Assembly (NCBI RefSeq): GCF_001194135.2
Contig: NC_068983.1
Location: forward strand, 116,692,247-116,756,246
Source: Octopus bimaculoides
Taxonomy: Eukaryota
Direction: 5' to 3'
DNA: 64,000 nucleotides
Translations under genes and position numbers: made by a program
In this document: piece after piece, positions 51,002 to 64,000 of the stretch
Layout of the letters: each line of letters begins with the position of its first letter
Position numbering within the stretch: position 1 is the first letter of the stretch
Notes under the pieces: model-generated
What the model saw: only the letters and a program-made list of their open reading frames with translations
Databases searched by the model: none
What the model was told of the DNA's origin: nothing

Positions 51002-53527
51002 CTGCACTGCTTCATATTGGTTCGAGAACGATATAATGGAATCGAATGCACCCCATAGTGCAGAGGAAACCTCATCAGGTTAAATCAGGTTACATATATT
51101 AAACGTGGACCGCGGAATTCCTTACGTAGATCCTGCGATAAAACTGAAGTAGCCCGGTTGTCGCCTGGTAGCCGTGAGTGGTGAATGTGCTCTCAAGGCA
51201 CACTGCTAGGGATTTACCTAAAACAAAATTTGGATACTACATTTTAAGGTCTTCTAGCTAAACTTTAATCTTAAATACAACATATTCACATACATACATA
51301 CATACATACATACATACATACATACATACTTACATGCATACATACATACATGCATGCATACACACACATACATACATACTTACATACATACGTACATACA
51401 TACATGTGAGTGTGTGTATGTCTCTGTGCGTGTGTGTGTTTATTTGCACGTGTGCGTGTGCGCGCGTGCGCATGCGTGTGTGCAGAATCTTTTAAAACCA
51501 GGCACATATATATAAGCATTATCCAAGCTTAATTAGATTTCCTTTGAAGAAAACCAAACAATATCCATGCAAATATGGGCTTCTATGAATCACACAACAC
51601 TTTACACTTTACAAGTACGAAGGACAATTGAGGTTAAGACTAAGACAAAAGTAATTCACAATCGAGCATAACATATGTATATTCCCATCATCATCTGCCC
51701 AAATCGATATCACCATAGTGTGTGTACGGATTTAAATAAATGTATACACACATACACACACAAACAAACAAATAGATTACGCAAACAAAGCCATGAACCG
51801 CGTACAAAGAGCGGGAAAGACAAAAACACTATCTTAAATACGCTATACAGCTTCTGACATTTTGAATAATAAAACAAGTGAAACGAACTGGAAATCTTCA
51901 TCCATTTTGGATGCCTTGAATCACTGATTAGAACTCGTATCGTTCTGTAAACATAATATCTATCAAATAAATACGAAATACAACATTGTTTATTTCTTCC
52001 ACATAACTAAAATAACTTAATCGAGAGACCAATATCTCGGTCATAATGCGTGAACACTTAATGTACTTCACTCATAAAATCACGTTGTTTACACCTTTCC
52101 ACACATTTCCTTCATTATTCCCGATCCTCTTTTTACTTGCAGTTGGCAGCATGAAAAATTGCGTTTAAGGAAATTGATACATACATACACACATACTGCC
52201 CCTGATCATCGCCGCCGCTGGCTCGCTCGAATGCGGTGGTGGTATCGAACGCACGATAAACCTGCGATCCATCCAATTCGTAAGCCGCGGCCGGGCCCCC
52301 TCGCCTTAATCTTCGTCGGCCCTCTAACATTGCAGCAGCAGCAGCGTGTTCGCTCTCGCTGTCGACCGCACAATCTTCATCCAGCCGGCGCCCGCCCGAC
52401 AACCAGAGCGCTCGGCCGACGGTGCTACACGCTTTGCGGCTCCACGACCCTCTTTTCTCTCTTCCTTCTCTTTATTTCTCTTATCTATGATCCTTACTCA
52501 ACCGCCGTTGGCACGGAATACATACATATATACATGCATACATGCATACATACATACATACGTGTGTGTTTGTGTGTGTGTGTGTGTGTGTCTGTCTGTC
52601 TTTGTGCGTGTGTCTCTGTGCGATTGTGTGTCTCTCTCTGCACGTATGTGTGTGTGCGCGTGCGCATGCTTGTGTGCAGAATCTCTCAAAACCGAGCACA
52701 TATATATAAGCATTATATATATGCTTTATATAAGCATTATATATATATATATATGTATACACATAATATAAGGATCAGCAAAAGTTACTTCACCAACATA
52801 CTGAAAATTTAGAAATAACAGTAAAAACTACTAATTCTAACTACAATTAAGTCTCCATCGGATAGCGATATTCATGATTCACACAGATAAAAGAGGGAAC
52901 CCAAACAAAACAAACCTGCCGTTAGTCAATCATGTACGACGTTCCGTGTTTAGAATTTTATAAAAATCCGTTACACTCTTCAGCAATCCCTGCCCTATAT
53001 ATATATTTATATATAAGCATTATATATATATATGTGCGTGTGTGTGTTTATATATATATATGTATATAAAATCTTTTGCAAGAAGATAAAAATTTCAGTT
53101 GTCAGTACTTTACATCCGAAAACGAAATGGTGCTTACAGTGATTTATAAGACTTAGATGGGATAATAATAAAAATTGTAATAAATAGAAAAAAATATAAT
53201 AAAAATAATACGATATAAAATGCAAAGGAAGTAAGATATAAGAACATGAAAACCGTGTATGCGTGTGTATATACACGTATTCGAGGAAGAATAAATAGAG
53301 TTCAGTAATACGAGATGAAGGTAAAATTAGTTAAAAATCATGAAAAGGAAAAAATCATTTAAAATGATTTTAAGGAACTGTAGTGACAGTCCGTATTCCG
53401 CTCCATCGATTAGTATTTCTTTCTTCAGGGTTTACTGTTTGTGGTAAGGTTCAGTTAAAATTCTACATGATGAATTCCTATTGGTGGGTGGATGTCGAAT
53501 GATTAAAAATATAACTGGCGAAATTGA

Positions 53528-54785
53528 TACAGGATCATCCAAAGTTTATAATGAGTAAATTATCGCCGTTTTATATTTTTATTTCGCACATGTGCATTGT
53601 TATTGATTTTGTCAACTACACAGTAGAGTCAGTTGGGCACCGTCTGGTAGAAAAACAGCACCATGATGCAATTCACTGCGAGAAATTTGGAAACGACATG
53701 CTGTATTGATTCGGTTTCGTGCCGGAAGCTCCAACACGAACATTTTAGAGAGTTTGGTTGTCAATCTGACAACAGTGCAGAAGATTCGAAAAGAGTTAGA
53801 TGAGTCTAATGGCGAATATGAAGGTACAGTAGTTCGGAAAACTCAGTCTAATAGTTCTGATAAGAAAAGAATTTGTTGGTGTGATCCAGGCCATAATTGG
53901 CAACGATCCCTCCCAGTTAAACAGGTCCATTGCCAGGGACACGGGAGTGGCAGAGTTTCTTATCAGGCAGTTAGTGCTTGAAGACATTTGGTTTTCCTCA
54001 TACGAGATGGGAAAGGACCAATTTTTATTCCAAGCCATCAAGGACAAGAAGAAAGACCGCGCTACGAAGCTTTTGAACAAACTCAAGCACGCTCTCCAAC
54101 CGAACATGCTTTGGTTTTTCTTAGACGAGAAAAATTTCTGCCGTGTCTCCAAAACATGTACCGAGAGTGATAAAAAACAAACATCCAGTCAACATCATAG
54201 TGTTTGGAGTGATCACTAGTGATGGCGAAGTTATGCCTCCATTTATCTTCCCACAAGGCCTCACAATCAACAAGGAGGCCTGCATCAAGTGCCTGGAGGA
54301 GCTGATGCTGCCCTGGCTGAGGAGGATGGCTGCTGGAAGACCCTGTGTCCGGCAACAGGACTCTGCACCCAGCCACACATGCAAGAGAACCCAGTCATGG
54401 CTGTCGGACAATTTCTGAGACCACATCACCCTAACATCTGGTTGCCTAATTCCCCAGACTGTAACCCTCTTGATTATTATGTGTGGGGCGCAGTTGAATG
54501 AGAGACCTACAAAACTCTTTGTAAAACAACAGATGACCTGAAGGCAAGGATTATGGCAGCATTCACCAACTTACACTAGGAGACTGTTCAGAAGATTTGT
54601 AAGAGATTCCAAAGTCATCTGGAGGCCGTGGTTAAAGCCAATGGAAATTTTATTGAATAAATTTACTTTTTACTATTTCAGGATATTTTTATGTAATTTT
54701 GGTAAATATATCTCTTAAAATGTAATGTTAGTGCTATTTTGCTTTTTGTGTAATTTAGACGACAATTTATTCACTGCACCCTTTA
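53528..54785 (+). mobile_element. Tc1/mariner-superfamily transposon, maT/DD37D type, frameshifted
   Basis: WFFLDEKNF ... QQDSAPSH ... WLPNSPDCNPLDYYVWGAVE, with 37 residues between the second and third Asp after correcting a 1-bp deletion. Right end ...aatttattcactgcaccct; left TIR only partial. Confidence 0.88.
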
Positions 54786-55001
54786 TATATACATATAACA
54801 AAACCTGGAACATTTTTTTGTATTATTTATTCACCATTACACATGTTTAATTTGCTAAAATAGGGGTTACAAAATTGTACATATTGGATAAATATGTAAA
54901 AAAATTCACATTAGAAATTCATAATAGAGAGAATAAAAATAGGACACAACTTGGTCTTTGAATAATTGGGAGTTGCCACAAACGTGAAAATATGCATGCA
55001 T

Positions 55002-55041
<40 letters not shown>

Positions 55042-55178
55042 TTGCGCACGCACATAAATGTATAAATGTATGCGTATGTATTGCTCCAGTTTTCAGAGAC
55101 GCAAAATCTTGTTTGATATATAAGCTGCTGTTAATCAAAATGTGATCATCTAATTTCCGTATATTTTTTATCGAATAA

Positions 55179-55569
55179 TGGCTGTGTCAAGAAGCTCGCT
55201 TCCGAACCACACAGTTCCGGGTTCAGTCCCACTGCGTGGCACTTTAGGCAAATGTCTTCTACTATAGCCTCGGGCCGACCAGATCCTTGTGAGGGGATTT
55301 GGTAGACGGAAACTGAAAGAATCCCGTTGTGTATATTATATATATATATATATATATATTTATGTGTGTGTTTTGCGTCTGTTTGTCCCCTTCATCACTT
55401 GACGACCAATGTTGGTGTGCGTACGCCCCCGTAACTTACCGGTTCGGCAAAAGTAACCGATACAATAAGTATTAAGAGTATAAAGAATAAATCCTGGGGT
55501 TGATTTCTTCGACTAAAAGGCAGTGCTCTAGCATGGCCGCAATCAAAATACTGAAACAAATAAAAGAAT
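55179..55569 (+). mobile_element. tRNA-derived SINE family B copy upstream of the exon at 56594
   Basis: Colinear with 50150-50550 over its whole length. Confidence 0.88.
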
Positions 55570-55967
55570 ATAAGTATAATATTCTCTTTATTAGTCAGAT
55601 ATACCTAAAGTAATGGATCCAATATTTAGGCGACCGTTATGCGTTGTATTGGCTGCTGGGTATTTTTGAACAACAACAGTGTGAGAGCAACTCTGACTTG
55701 AAAAATTCGAAGCAGTTTGCCTCAAATTGATCAAAAATTTCAGTGTATTTCAGTATGTTAAAGTTCAAACGCAAATTATTGAACAGTATTATAAACTGTT
55801 GCTCAATGTCCCCCAGCTGCTAATTTTAATCTTAAAATTGGTAGCACTTGCAATTTTCAGGCACTTTTAATGGAAGTAAGGTTTGTCTCAGAATTGTTCC
55901 TCACATAGCAGTCATTCAGTAATATCCAGTAGTTGTAACGAAATCATTTAACACTCATGCGGCACAA

Positions 55968-56052
<85 letters not shown>

Positions 56053-56593
56053 CAATTTGAATCATGAGATTTAAACTGGATAATAAGAAAGAATTACCGT
56101 ATAAACTGAATTATGATTGTCATCCAACGACAGTTAGATCTCGTATTCTCAGAATGCATTTGCATCAATAAAATTTTGGAGAATATCAATGTTTACTTAC
56201 AAAATATCAATACACACATAGCTACACACACATACACACACACTCACCCGAGCGCACGCACATATACATACACAAAACACACGTTTATATTGGGGAGATT
56301 CAGATGTCTATATTATTTAGCGTAATTTCTTACACTGAACATAGTACTTAAGTAAAATTTCAAATGTTCAGTTGTTGCAAATTATGTATTTATTGATATG
56401 AAACATTAGGTTATGTCCATGTAAACAACTGATGATTGCTTGATAACTGATATAATTGCACATTCCAATTCCATTAAAAAACAATAGGCTATCTATCAAA
56501 TTTCCATTTAAATCAAAATAACTGAACACTGTGTTATCAAATGCAATGATTACGTGACTAAGTTAATGTATAATTTAATGTAATGTTTTTCAG

Positions 56594-56696
56594 GTCGCCT
56601 CAGTTGTTGGACAAGCGGACATGTTGTATACAATGTTCTGTTTGCTCGGTTTTCTAATTTATCATTATGGTCTCATGGCAAATAAGAGCAACAAAG
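56594..56696 (+). CDS. TMTC4: TMTC-family exon (VASVVGQADMLYTMFCLLGFLIYHYGLMANKSNK)
   Basis: Acceptor gtttttcag|GTC and donor AAAG|gtaaga. The phase-0 entry continues HTET-VASVVGQADML, aligning with TMTC4 HTEC-VAGVVGRADLL. It implies a 31,984-bp intron (24610-56593). No following KEQGIT exon was found in the window. Confidence 0.9.
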
Positions 56697-56929
56697 GTAA
56701 GACATACATACGTACATACATACATATCTACCGATGAGACATATTGTTGTAGTTAGGATGATGTTGTTTTTAGGAGACTGTATGAGATCCGTCGAAAGGA
56801 TAACCCCGAGGACAGAGAAATAAGAACTCGTAGTATGGGGGAAGCTATAGCCACTCATAATAAGAAAGGAATACCGGTAGAATGTTTCAGTGAAAACCTC
56901 AATAAAATGTTAGCCCAATAGACTTGATA

Positions 56930-57230
56930 TAAGGATTTGTGTACAGTTGTGGAAATCAGCTGCCCGGATGTTAACATAAAGCTGAAGATCAGTGAAAAAG
57001 AGAATATCTATGCCGAACTATAGAGAAATCAACAGTTACTCTATCTAGATTACATGTTCAGATTTTTACCTGTAAATACTGGGGCACTGGGATATGTAAC
57101 ACACTGCATAAATACCAATCTTGAGAAAGTAGGGTTCTCAAAACCAGAAAGGAGAAAGCCGATTCAAAGACTACAGATTCAATCCTTCACTAGAACTTTA
57201 AAAATCTGTAAAGCTTTTCCGAAGTTTAGT
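56930..57230 (+). mobile_element. 3' end of an R4/NeSL-type LINE (restriction-like endonuclease)
   Basis: VVEISCPDVNIKLKISEKENIYAEL...FLPVNTGALGYV...LQIQSFTRTLKICKAF. Confidence 0.72.
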
Positions 57231-57480
57231 CTTTATATATATATGAGCATGTTTAAATATGCAAGTATATGCATGAGAAGACATATATAAAACAAAACAT
57301 ACGAGTCTTCACGTATACATACATACATACATACATACATACATACATACATACGTACGTACGTACGTACGTACATACAAATATACCCTGTTCCTAACGT
57401 TGAAATTCCAATGAAGGAGCCTTAGATCTAGGTTAGAACCAGCTCATTCTCTATTGGCAAGAAATTTTGAAATAAACCTG

Positions 57481-57535
<55 letters not shown>

Positions 57536-58491
57536 TGTGCAACTGATATGCTATATACCACTTCAGTTAGATTAAATAGATGCGAGATTGCTTTCCTTTT
57601 GGAAAAAGTGGAAAACAAACCATTAGAAATATTTTGCCTTATTTTTTACGTGTATTGTTAAGAACTTCAGCTTCGATATCACCGCAACATTTTGGGAAAA
57701 ATGTGTTATTACATAGCCTGGGACTGGCCATTTTATTGAGTGAAATTTGGTTGTTAGAAACAACGTGGAAGCCAGTTGGAAAGTTAATCTGCCTCTTTGA
57801 ATGTTCATGGCACAATTCTCATTGCTGCAACTATTGGTGCTACGTGTCTGTTTGAAGATTATGTTCCTTTATTCCATCAATCCCAAAGGCGTTAAAAGGA
57901 ATACTGGCGCTGCTCTTCATCATCTTATCTCGCAATTAAAAACAATTATAGATACCTAATAAGCAAGTGCCAATCTCTTTTAAAATTCACATTTTTAGAG
58001 TATTATAATATTGACTAATATACATATATACACACATACATTTATACATATATACATATATGTGCCCCAAAGGGGAAGTAATAAATGGAAGTTGTATATA
58101 TGCTTTGTAAAAATCTTGTAAAATGTGGACATAAACTACAAGTGCAAAGACTATATTTCATGTTTATAAAAGTTGAGTTGCATGTCGTAATTATATGGGA
58201 TGCAGGTTTTCCTCTTACTTCACAGTTACTGGCCTAGACGTATCTCCAATCAAGTTTCTATTCTGAAAGTATGAATAGGAATTGATAGATTGGTACATGT
58301 TAGTCTGGTGATTGATTTTCTTTCAACCGGGTTTGATCCATTGCAAATTGAAACCTCAACAATGATGCTGTTCGCTTGCGTGAGCTGGTTGTAGGACTAC
58401 CTATCCAAACCGACCTACTGTGTGTTTGTACGTAGGCCGATGAATTGTATTGGAGTGTGGTCGGGTGATTTGTTCTGGAGGCAGGGTATAT

Positions 58492-58901
58492 TCTTTTATT
58501 CTTTTGCTTGTTTCAATCATTTGATTGCGGCCATGCGGGAGCACTGCCTTTAGTAGAACAAATCGATCCCAGGACTTATTCTTCGTAAGCCTAGTACTTA
58601 TTCTATCGATCTCTTTTGTCGAACCACTAAGTTACGGGGACGTAAACACACCAGCAGGCGATGGTAGGGGGACAAACACAGACAGACAGGCCGACAGACA
58701 GACACGCGCGCACACACACACACACACGCACATATATACAGCAGGCTTCTTTCAGTTTCCGTCTATCAAATCCACTCACAAAGCTTCGGTCAGCCCGAGG
58801 CTATAGTAGAGGATACTTGCCCAAGCTGCCATGCAGTAGGACTGAGCCCAGAGCCATGTGGTTGGTAAGCAAGCTACTTACCACGCAGCCACTCCTGTGC
58901 C
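58492..58901 (-). mobile_element. tRNA-derived SINE family B copy downstream of the exon at 56594
   Basis: Its reverse complement is colinear with 50150-50550. Confidence 0.88.
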
Positions 58902-59009
58902 TGACGAAAATTACATCGAGCCACAAAAGGATGAAAGGCCGAGTTGACTTCAGCAGCATTTCAATTCTATCAAGGCATTCTATCCAACCTTCTCCCGACA
59001 CTAATTCAA

Positions 59010-59058
<49 letters not shown>

Positions 59059-59599
59059 GTCTGTCTGTATGTATGTCTGACTGTCGGTCTGCCTGCCTGC
59101 CCGCCTGTCTGTTTGTCTATCTATCCATCTATCTATCTAGCTGTGTATCTGGTTTGTGTGTGTGTGCGCGCGCGAGTGTGTGTGTGTGTACGTTTTCTGT
59201 GCACATGTTGAATCTGTCTATCATTCATAGAATATGCTATAGGTCCTGTACTTCTTTAATATATGGACATATCACACCGCACTGTTTAGTGCTACCACCA
59301 AAACCATGTGTATTTTTAGCGGAGTTTTAGCAAACTTATGATTAAAGTTCATAGCAGGTGATATCATGAACCCATGATGTACCAACTCATTCTACATGTC
59401 CCAATACCAAAATCTAAAACCAAATGCACCAAACAACTTTCACTAATTATACTTCCATTCTCTAACATTGTATCCTTCTTGTAGGTTACATATCACACCT
59501 TAATTACATGTAAACCAGCCATTCTATTCTTCTCTGCGATACAAATCCCTCAACCTTTATTTCTTTTGTGTGAACACACTCAGTACTCAAACTTTATTC

Positions 59600-60600
59600 T
59601 GAAACATGGTGTTTACGTATAAGTAGATTCTACTGTCTCAAACAATCAGCTTTCTTTCCTCCGTAGCATCAACAAAAAGTACCACTTGCTCTGGGAGAAA
59701 GTTTTCTCCCCCGCTTATTCAAATGCGTTTACTTTCTTTACTTTTTGCCGAATTCTTTGAACCACGAGGAAGACTTTTTCATCTGCATCAAGAGGACTTT
59801 TGTTTTGATTTACCCCTTTCGCAAGTCATCCTTCTCAGTTACGTTAATGTCCATAGGCTTTCTCCGTTCTTACCGGTGTTCCTTACTGATGTCACTGTCG
59901 CAGAAACTGAATTTTGTGCAATCTTCAACACTGTAAATGAAACATTTTGAACTTATACGCGTTTCTGACAAAGAAAAACACAAAAACGCAAAAAAAACCC
60001 AGCAGCAACACAATAACAAAACAAACAAACAAACAAAAAGGCCCTAAACGCTCTAAACAACCTTGATCCCTTTCTCACAATTAAGCCCAACCTCTGTCAG
60101 ACTACAACAGTTTCTTCATTTGTCACGTCGTCCTACCATTGTCTGACTGTAAACTACATACACATTACGCGCATACTATCTGACTTCTCCTATCTACCAG
60201 AACTTGTGGCACTCTCAGTCAAATGAATTGTTGGAAATCTACCAGTTCAATACTATTTCTGGTAAGACATGTATTTCACCCTCGGACCACCGAGATTATT
60301 CAGACTGATTCCTTAAACCATCTTTATTCATTGATACACTTCAGTTAATGAATCGCAGCCATGTTCCGTCTGTCGAGCTCTTTTACTGTTACAATAATGT
60401 CCCCGTGTCCTCTAAAATAGTAATAGCTGTACTATACCCGTAAAACCTTACGCGCTGCATTCAACCCTCTTCCATTCTTTGAATTTACTGTGCATCATCT
60501 CTCAATCCTGCAACAATTAAGTCCCACTTCCATCTGAAATACTTAAGCTCCCTTGAAGTCAGAGAATTCGCATACGTCTCTTACAGGCGTGAATCTGTAA
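59600..60600 (+). mobile_element. Highly degenerate CR1/L2-type AP-endonuclease region
   Basis: VILLSYVNVH (cf. GDFNVH) and LDPFLTIKPNLC...SSYHCLTV (cf. LDLF...SSDHC). Boundaries approximate. Confidence 0.5.
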
Positions 60601-63600
60601 TCGTTCACGTTGTGCACGAACCACGAGGTTTGCATGTATGATGCAGATTACATCAACAGGTGTAGGAAAACTCTGAGAACAGCGAGAGAATGAGTAACCA
60701 GTTTTTTTCCAAACAAACATAATTTACAACATCTACGTGCGCGCGTGTGAGTATGTATGTGTAAGTGCGTGTGTATTTTTTATATGAATGTTCTATGTGT
60801 TTACGTATTGTATTGGTTTGTACTTTTGACCATTTATAGAAAGCGCAGTGGCCACAACCTTCAGCAGAATATTCGTAACTGGCTGGTGAAAAGAGAGGAG
60901 AAACAACGTTTCAGTGGTAACCAATATAACAGAGATCTAGTTCTAATGCCTTTAACAACGGGTGAATCCGTGAAAGGCAATCAAATGCCAAGTAATGTTG
61001 TTAAACTTGACAACCGTTTCATTCTACAAAGAAGAAAGATTGCAAATCATTCACGCAGTTTTCACTTTCCAATTACACAATCATGGCCTTGGTGGGCCGA
61101 GACTATGGTAAGGCGCACTTATTCAAAGTGCTTTTCAGCGAAATCGAACTCGGGATCACTTACTCCAGAAACAATATTTTTAATTGCACGGTCACTTATA
61201 GAGCTAAGGAAGTGGATGTATTATACATTTATCAAACATATCCAGCATTCCTGATAATACTTGTCTTATGAAGGAAATATGAATATGTTTGCATGAAACA
61301 AGTGAATTATAAATATGTGTTAAATCATAGTGAAATATAAATATGTGTTAAATCATAGTGAAATTAAGAAACACGCATTTGTAACTATATGCGTTGCACA
61401 AAGGGTTTTATTGATCAGCTATTTTATGTTAGATAGCTAATACTGTCTCTGAACTTGTTCATTCCAGCATGTGCTGGATTAAATAAGAAATATACATTTC
61501 CTTCTCCAATGATTTCGTCCGTTGAGACACGATTTTGTTAATGGAAGCAGAATAGTGTTGCAACTTGATTTTACTAAATGTTGCTAGTAAAAATATATCA
61601 TCTTCCCCAGAAGGATGAAAAGCAAAATTGTAACTTGACAATTCTAAGAATTCTGTGTCGCCAAATTCAGTGTTTGATCTGAAACTCTCTTGTCAGCCAT
61701 CACCATAAGACATCTAATAATCTTCATTGAACCAAAAAGAAATTTCTACGCATACACTAGATATGCTTTTTAGTGTATCTAAACCTCCCCAAATCACAGC
61801 ATACGCTGTGATTGAATGAAATATAGGATAAGACGGCTGGAACACTTTATGATAAATCGGGATCGATCCGGTCCTAAAAGAAAATCTACAATTTTGTTCA
61901 GGGGGCTCTGTTAAATAGTTCACTACATATTCCTCAAAACAGTAATACAATTTTTGAAAGCCGTTCCACATTGAAAGAAAGTTAATTCTCCAATTCGATT
62001 TGAAGTGTGTATATTTTATTGTATTCGTACAATAAGGGGAATAATAAATGTTCGCTGCATTTATAACGATTGCTTAACCTATATATATACAGTGAGCTAT
62101 AATAGTAAGAAATAAAAAAAAAAACATTACTGCAATTTATTTAAAACATTTCTACTGAGTTTAGAAAACTCAAATGGGGTTGTACATCATTCATAGACTT
62201 CTTATGTACAATATCTATGCAAGTTCTCCTGAGCTAGTCAATAATTTACTACTCATACTGAGATAACGGTGAACTTGTGATGTGTTGATTAATGATCCAA
62301 TGTTAAAACGAAACGCTAAAACTTTGACCACAGAATTTGGTTCGGTTGACAAAATCTAGTACACTAGTTGATTTTACATTCATGTTATCGGCATAAATAT
62401 GATGAACATTGTTGCATAGTATAAATATCGTTACTGTGCCATTTGTTCATACAATACTATTACAGTTGTATATAGCAAGAAAATACTATTAACTTTAAAA
62501 AATATTGATGTATCAACTGCACATATTGATAGCCATTTCCAATGTTGCAATAGACAGCATTGCAAAAAGTATTGTTTTAACAATACCTAAAAACTAGCCC
62601 ATCATTTATCACATCTTTTGGCAAGTGGTATGGGGCAAGCTCAAATTGCGACGCGATTTAAATTATTAATCGATGCAATTTCAGTTATATTTTTCAATTT
62701 GTTATTCCTTTGGTAAGCCTTGATCAAAGGTGTTTCGAGACAAAAGAGATTAGTTCCAAACCAATGATTTATATTTTTAGCTTAAGCTAAAATATATGTA
62801 AGTTCATATTAGGGCTTGCAATCTGGGTTCAGTTTTCATTCTTTATCACAACTGAAAACCATACGTTCAGTTGTGTTAAAGGCTGAACGTGTGGTTGGCG
62901 CTAAGCAAGTAGAGTTCACATTAATCGTTAATAGAAATTTGATTTCGTTTAATACGATTAACTTTTTAAATATTTTTAAATATAACATTTTAAACATGTA
63001 ATAAATATTGAAAATGAAGACATGTATCGTTTTCCCTCTTATATAGCACATTGGACTGGATTACACGTTACAATAACTGCTACATGTTCTCTTCTATATC
63101 CTCAATGTTTATCCTGTTACTCTGTTTTTGGACAATCTATACATTTTCAGTACATAAATTGTGCATCAAATATTAAATAAAGTTCTTTATTTTGAAGTCA
63201 AAATCTGTTGAAGTTTCTCCTGTTGTGTTCTCAAATAAACTCGCTTTCAGTTCCATAATAAATGAAGCACTATTTGGTAATTCCAATGCAGTATTACTCT
63301 ATAGGTTTTCTCTGTCGCGTCTCAATAGATAAGTGTTAGAAACCAAATGTTATTAACATTTTCTTCACAATTGCCTGAAACAGCAGTCATTTCAGTTAAC
63401 ACAAAGTGTCTGCTTGCAACAAGTTGCAACAAAAATCTTTCAATATACACATTGCCTTCTTCAAAAGGAACACATTGGCAAATAGATATACAATAAATAT
63501 ACAAAATATGCAAACATATGGGAAAATGTCACTACTGGAACATCTTCGAACATGGATATGCTCATTTCGGGATATTAGACAAAATAATGCCAGCACCTTT

Positions 63601-63676
63601 ATTTACATTGATGATACGGCTACATGTACTTATATATACATAAAATGTCGAAGCAGAGACATTAGTTTTAGTTCCA

Positions 63677-64000
63677 ACTAGCAGTATAGCCCGGCTTTGC
63701 CCGGGATTAAGTTGGGATTATTAAGCTAATCAAGTTCTTTATTTCAAACCAAACTAAGTAACATGACGTCAAATTTGGGCAGAATCAGTGTTGCAACTGG
63801 AGCGCATGGGTTGCGAGTTTGATCGGCAGAGGTGATCAGGTTACACATGCCATCCCTTTGAAAACACCACCGCCATCATCTAACCTCTCTTTGCCCATGG
63901 GTTAGGAACCCTTCCAGTAAGGAAAATAGAATGACCAAAAGGGCTCCCGATTGTCTGTGTCAGAAGCGGTTCTGTTCAGATCACAACTATGTCTTAAGTA
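63677..64000 (+). mobile_element. Probable 5' end of a Helentron-associated (HINE/DINE-1-like) non-autonomous element
   Basis: Starts aactagcagtatagcccggctttgcccggg, an ACTAG terminus plus a GC-rich subterminal hairpin. The 3' end is not visible. Confidence 0.5.

Noticed and set aside
51001-51090. 8-bp stem tctgcact/agtgcaga with CTGATGAG on the minus strand as a hammerhead
   Set aside because: No properly placed GAAA-stem III-UH, and it is not tRNA-like either.
56700-64000. Next TMTC exon (expected ...LCKEQGIT...)
   Set aside because: Not found by eye; presumably beyond the window or in a gap.

Overview
Eukaryotic, AT-rich, gap-ridden draft-assembly DNA. The SINE families, microsatellite load and transposon content look like an Octopus genome; this is recognition from repeat families and is not verified. 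The only host gene I can support is a + strand TMTC-family protein O-mannosyltransferase, most like TMTC4. It has three phase-compatible coding exons (20055-20360, 24420-24609, 56594-56696), a candidate first exon (9920-9963) and a 32 kb intron, and it continues beyond the window. The rest is intronic or intergenic transposon debris: three Penelope-like element (PLE) fragments, four Tc1/mariner elements, CR1/L2 and R4/NeSL-type LINE fragments, three tRNA-SINE families and a Helentron-like end. The most interesting signal is a recurring set of minimal hammerhead-ribozyme (HHR) motifs. One has an intact core and lies in the sense strand of the big intron. Several are relics, and they are repeatedly arranged as inverted pairs that form MITE-like palindromes. 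Also notable: a genomic Gln codon at a conserved TMTC Arg that one A-to-I edit would restore, and an inverted SINE pair bracketing that exon. Most ORFs in the supplied track are microsatellite or N-gap artefacts.
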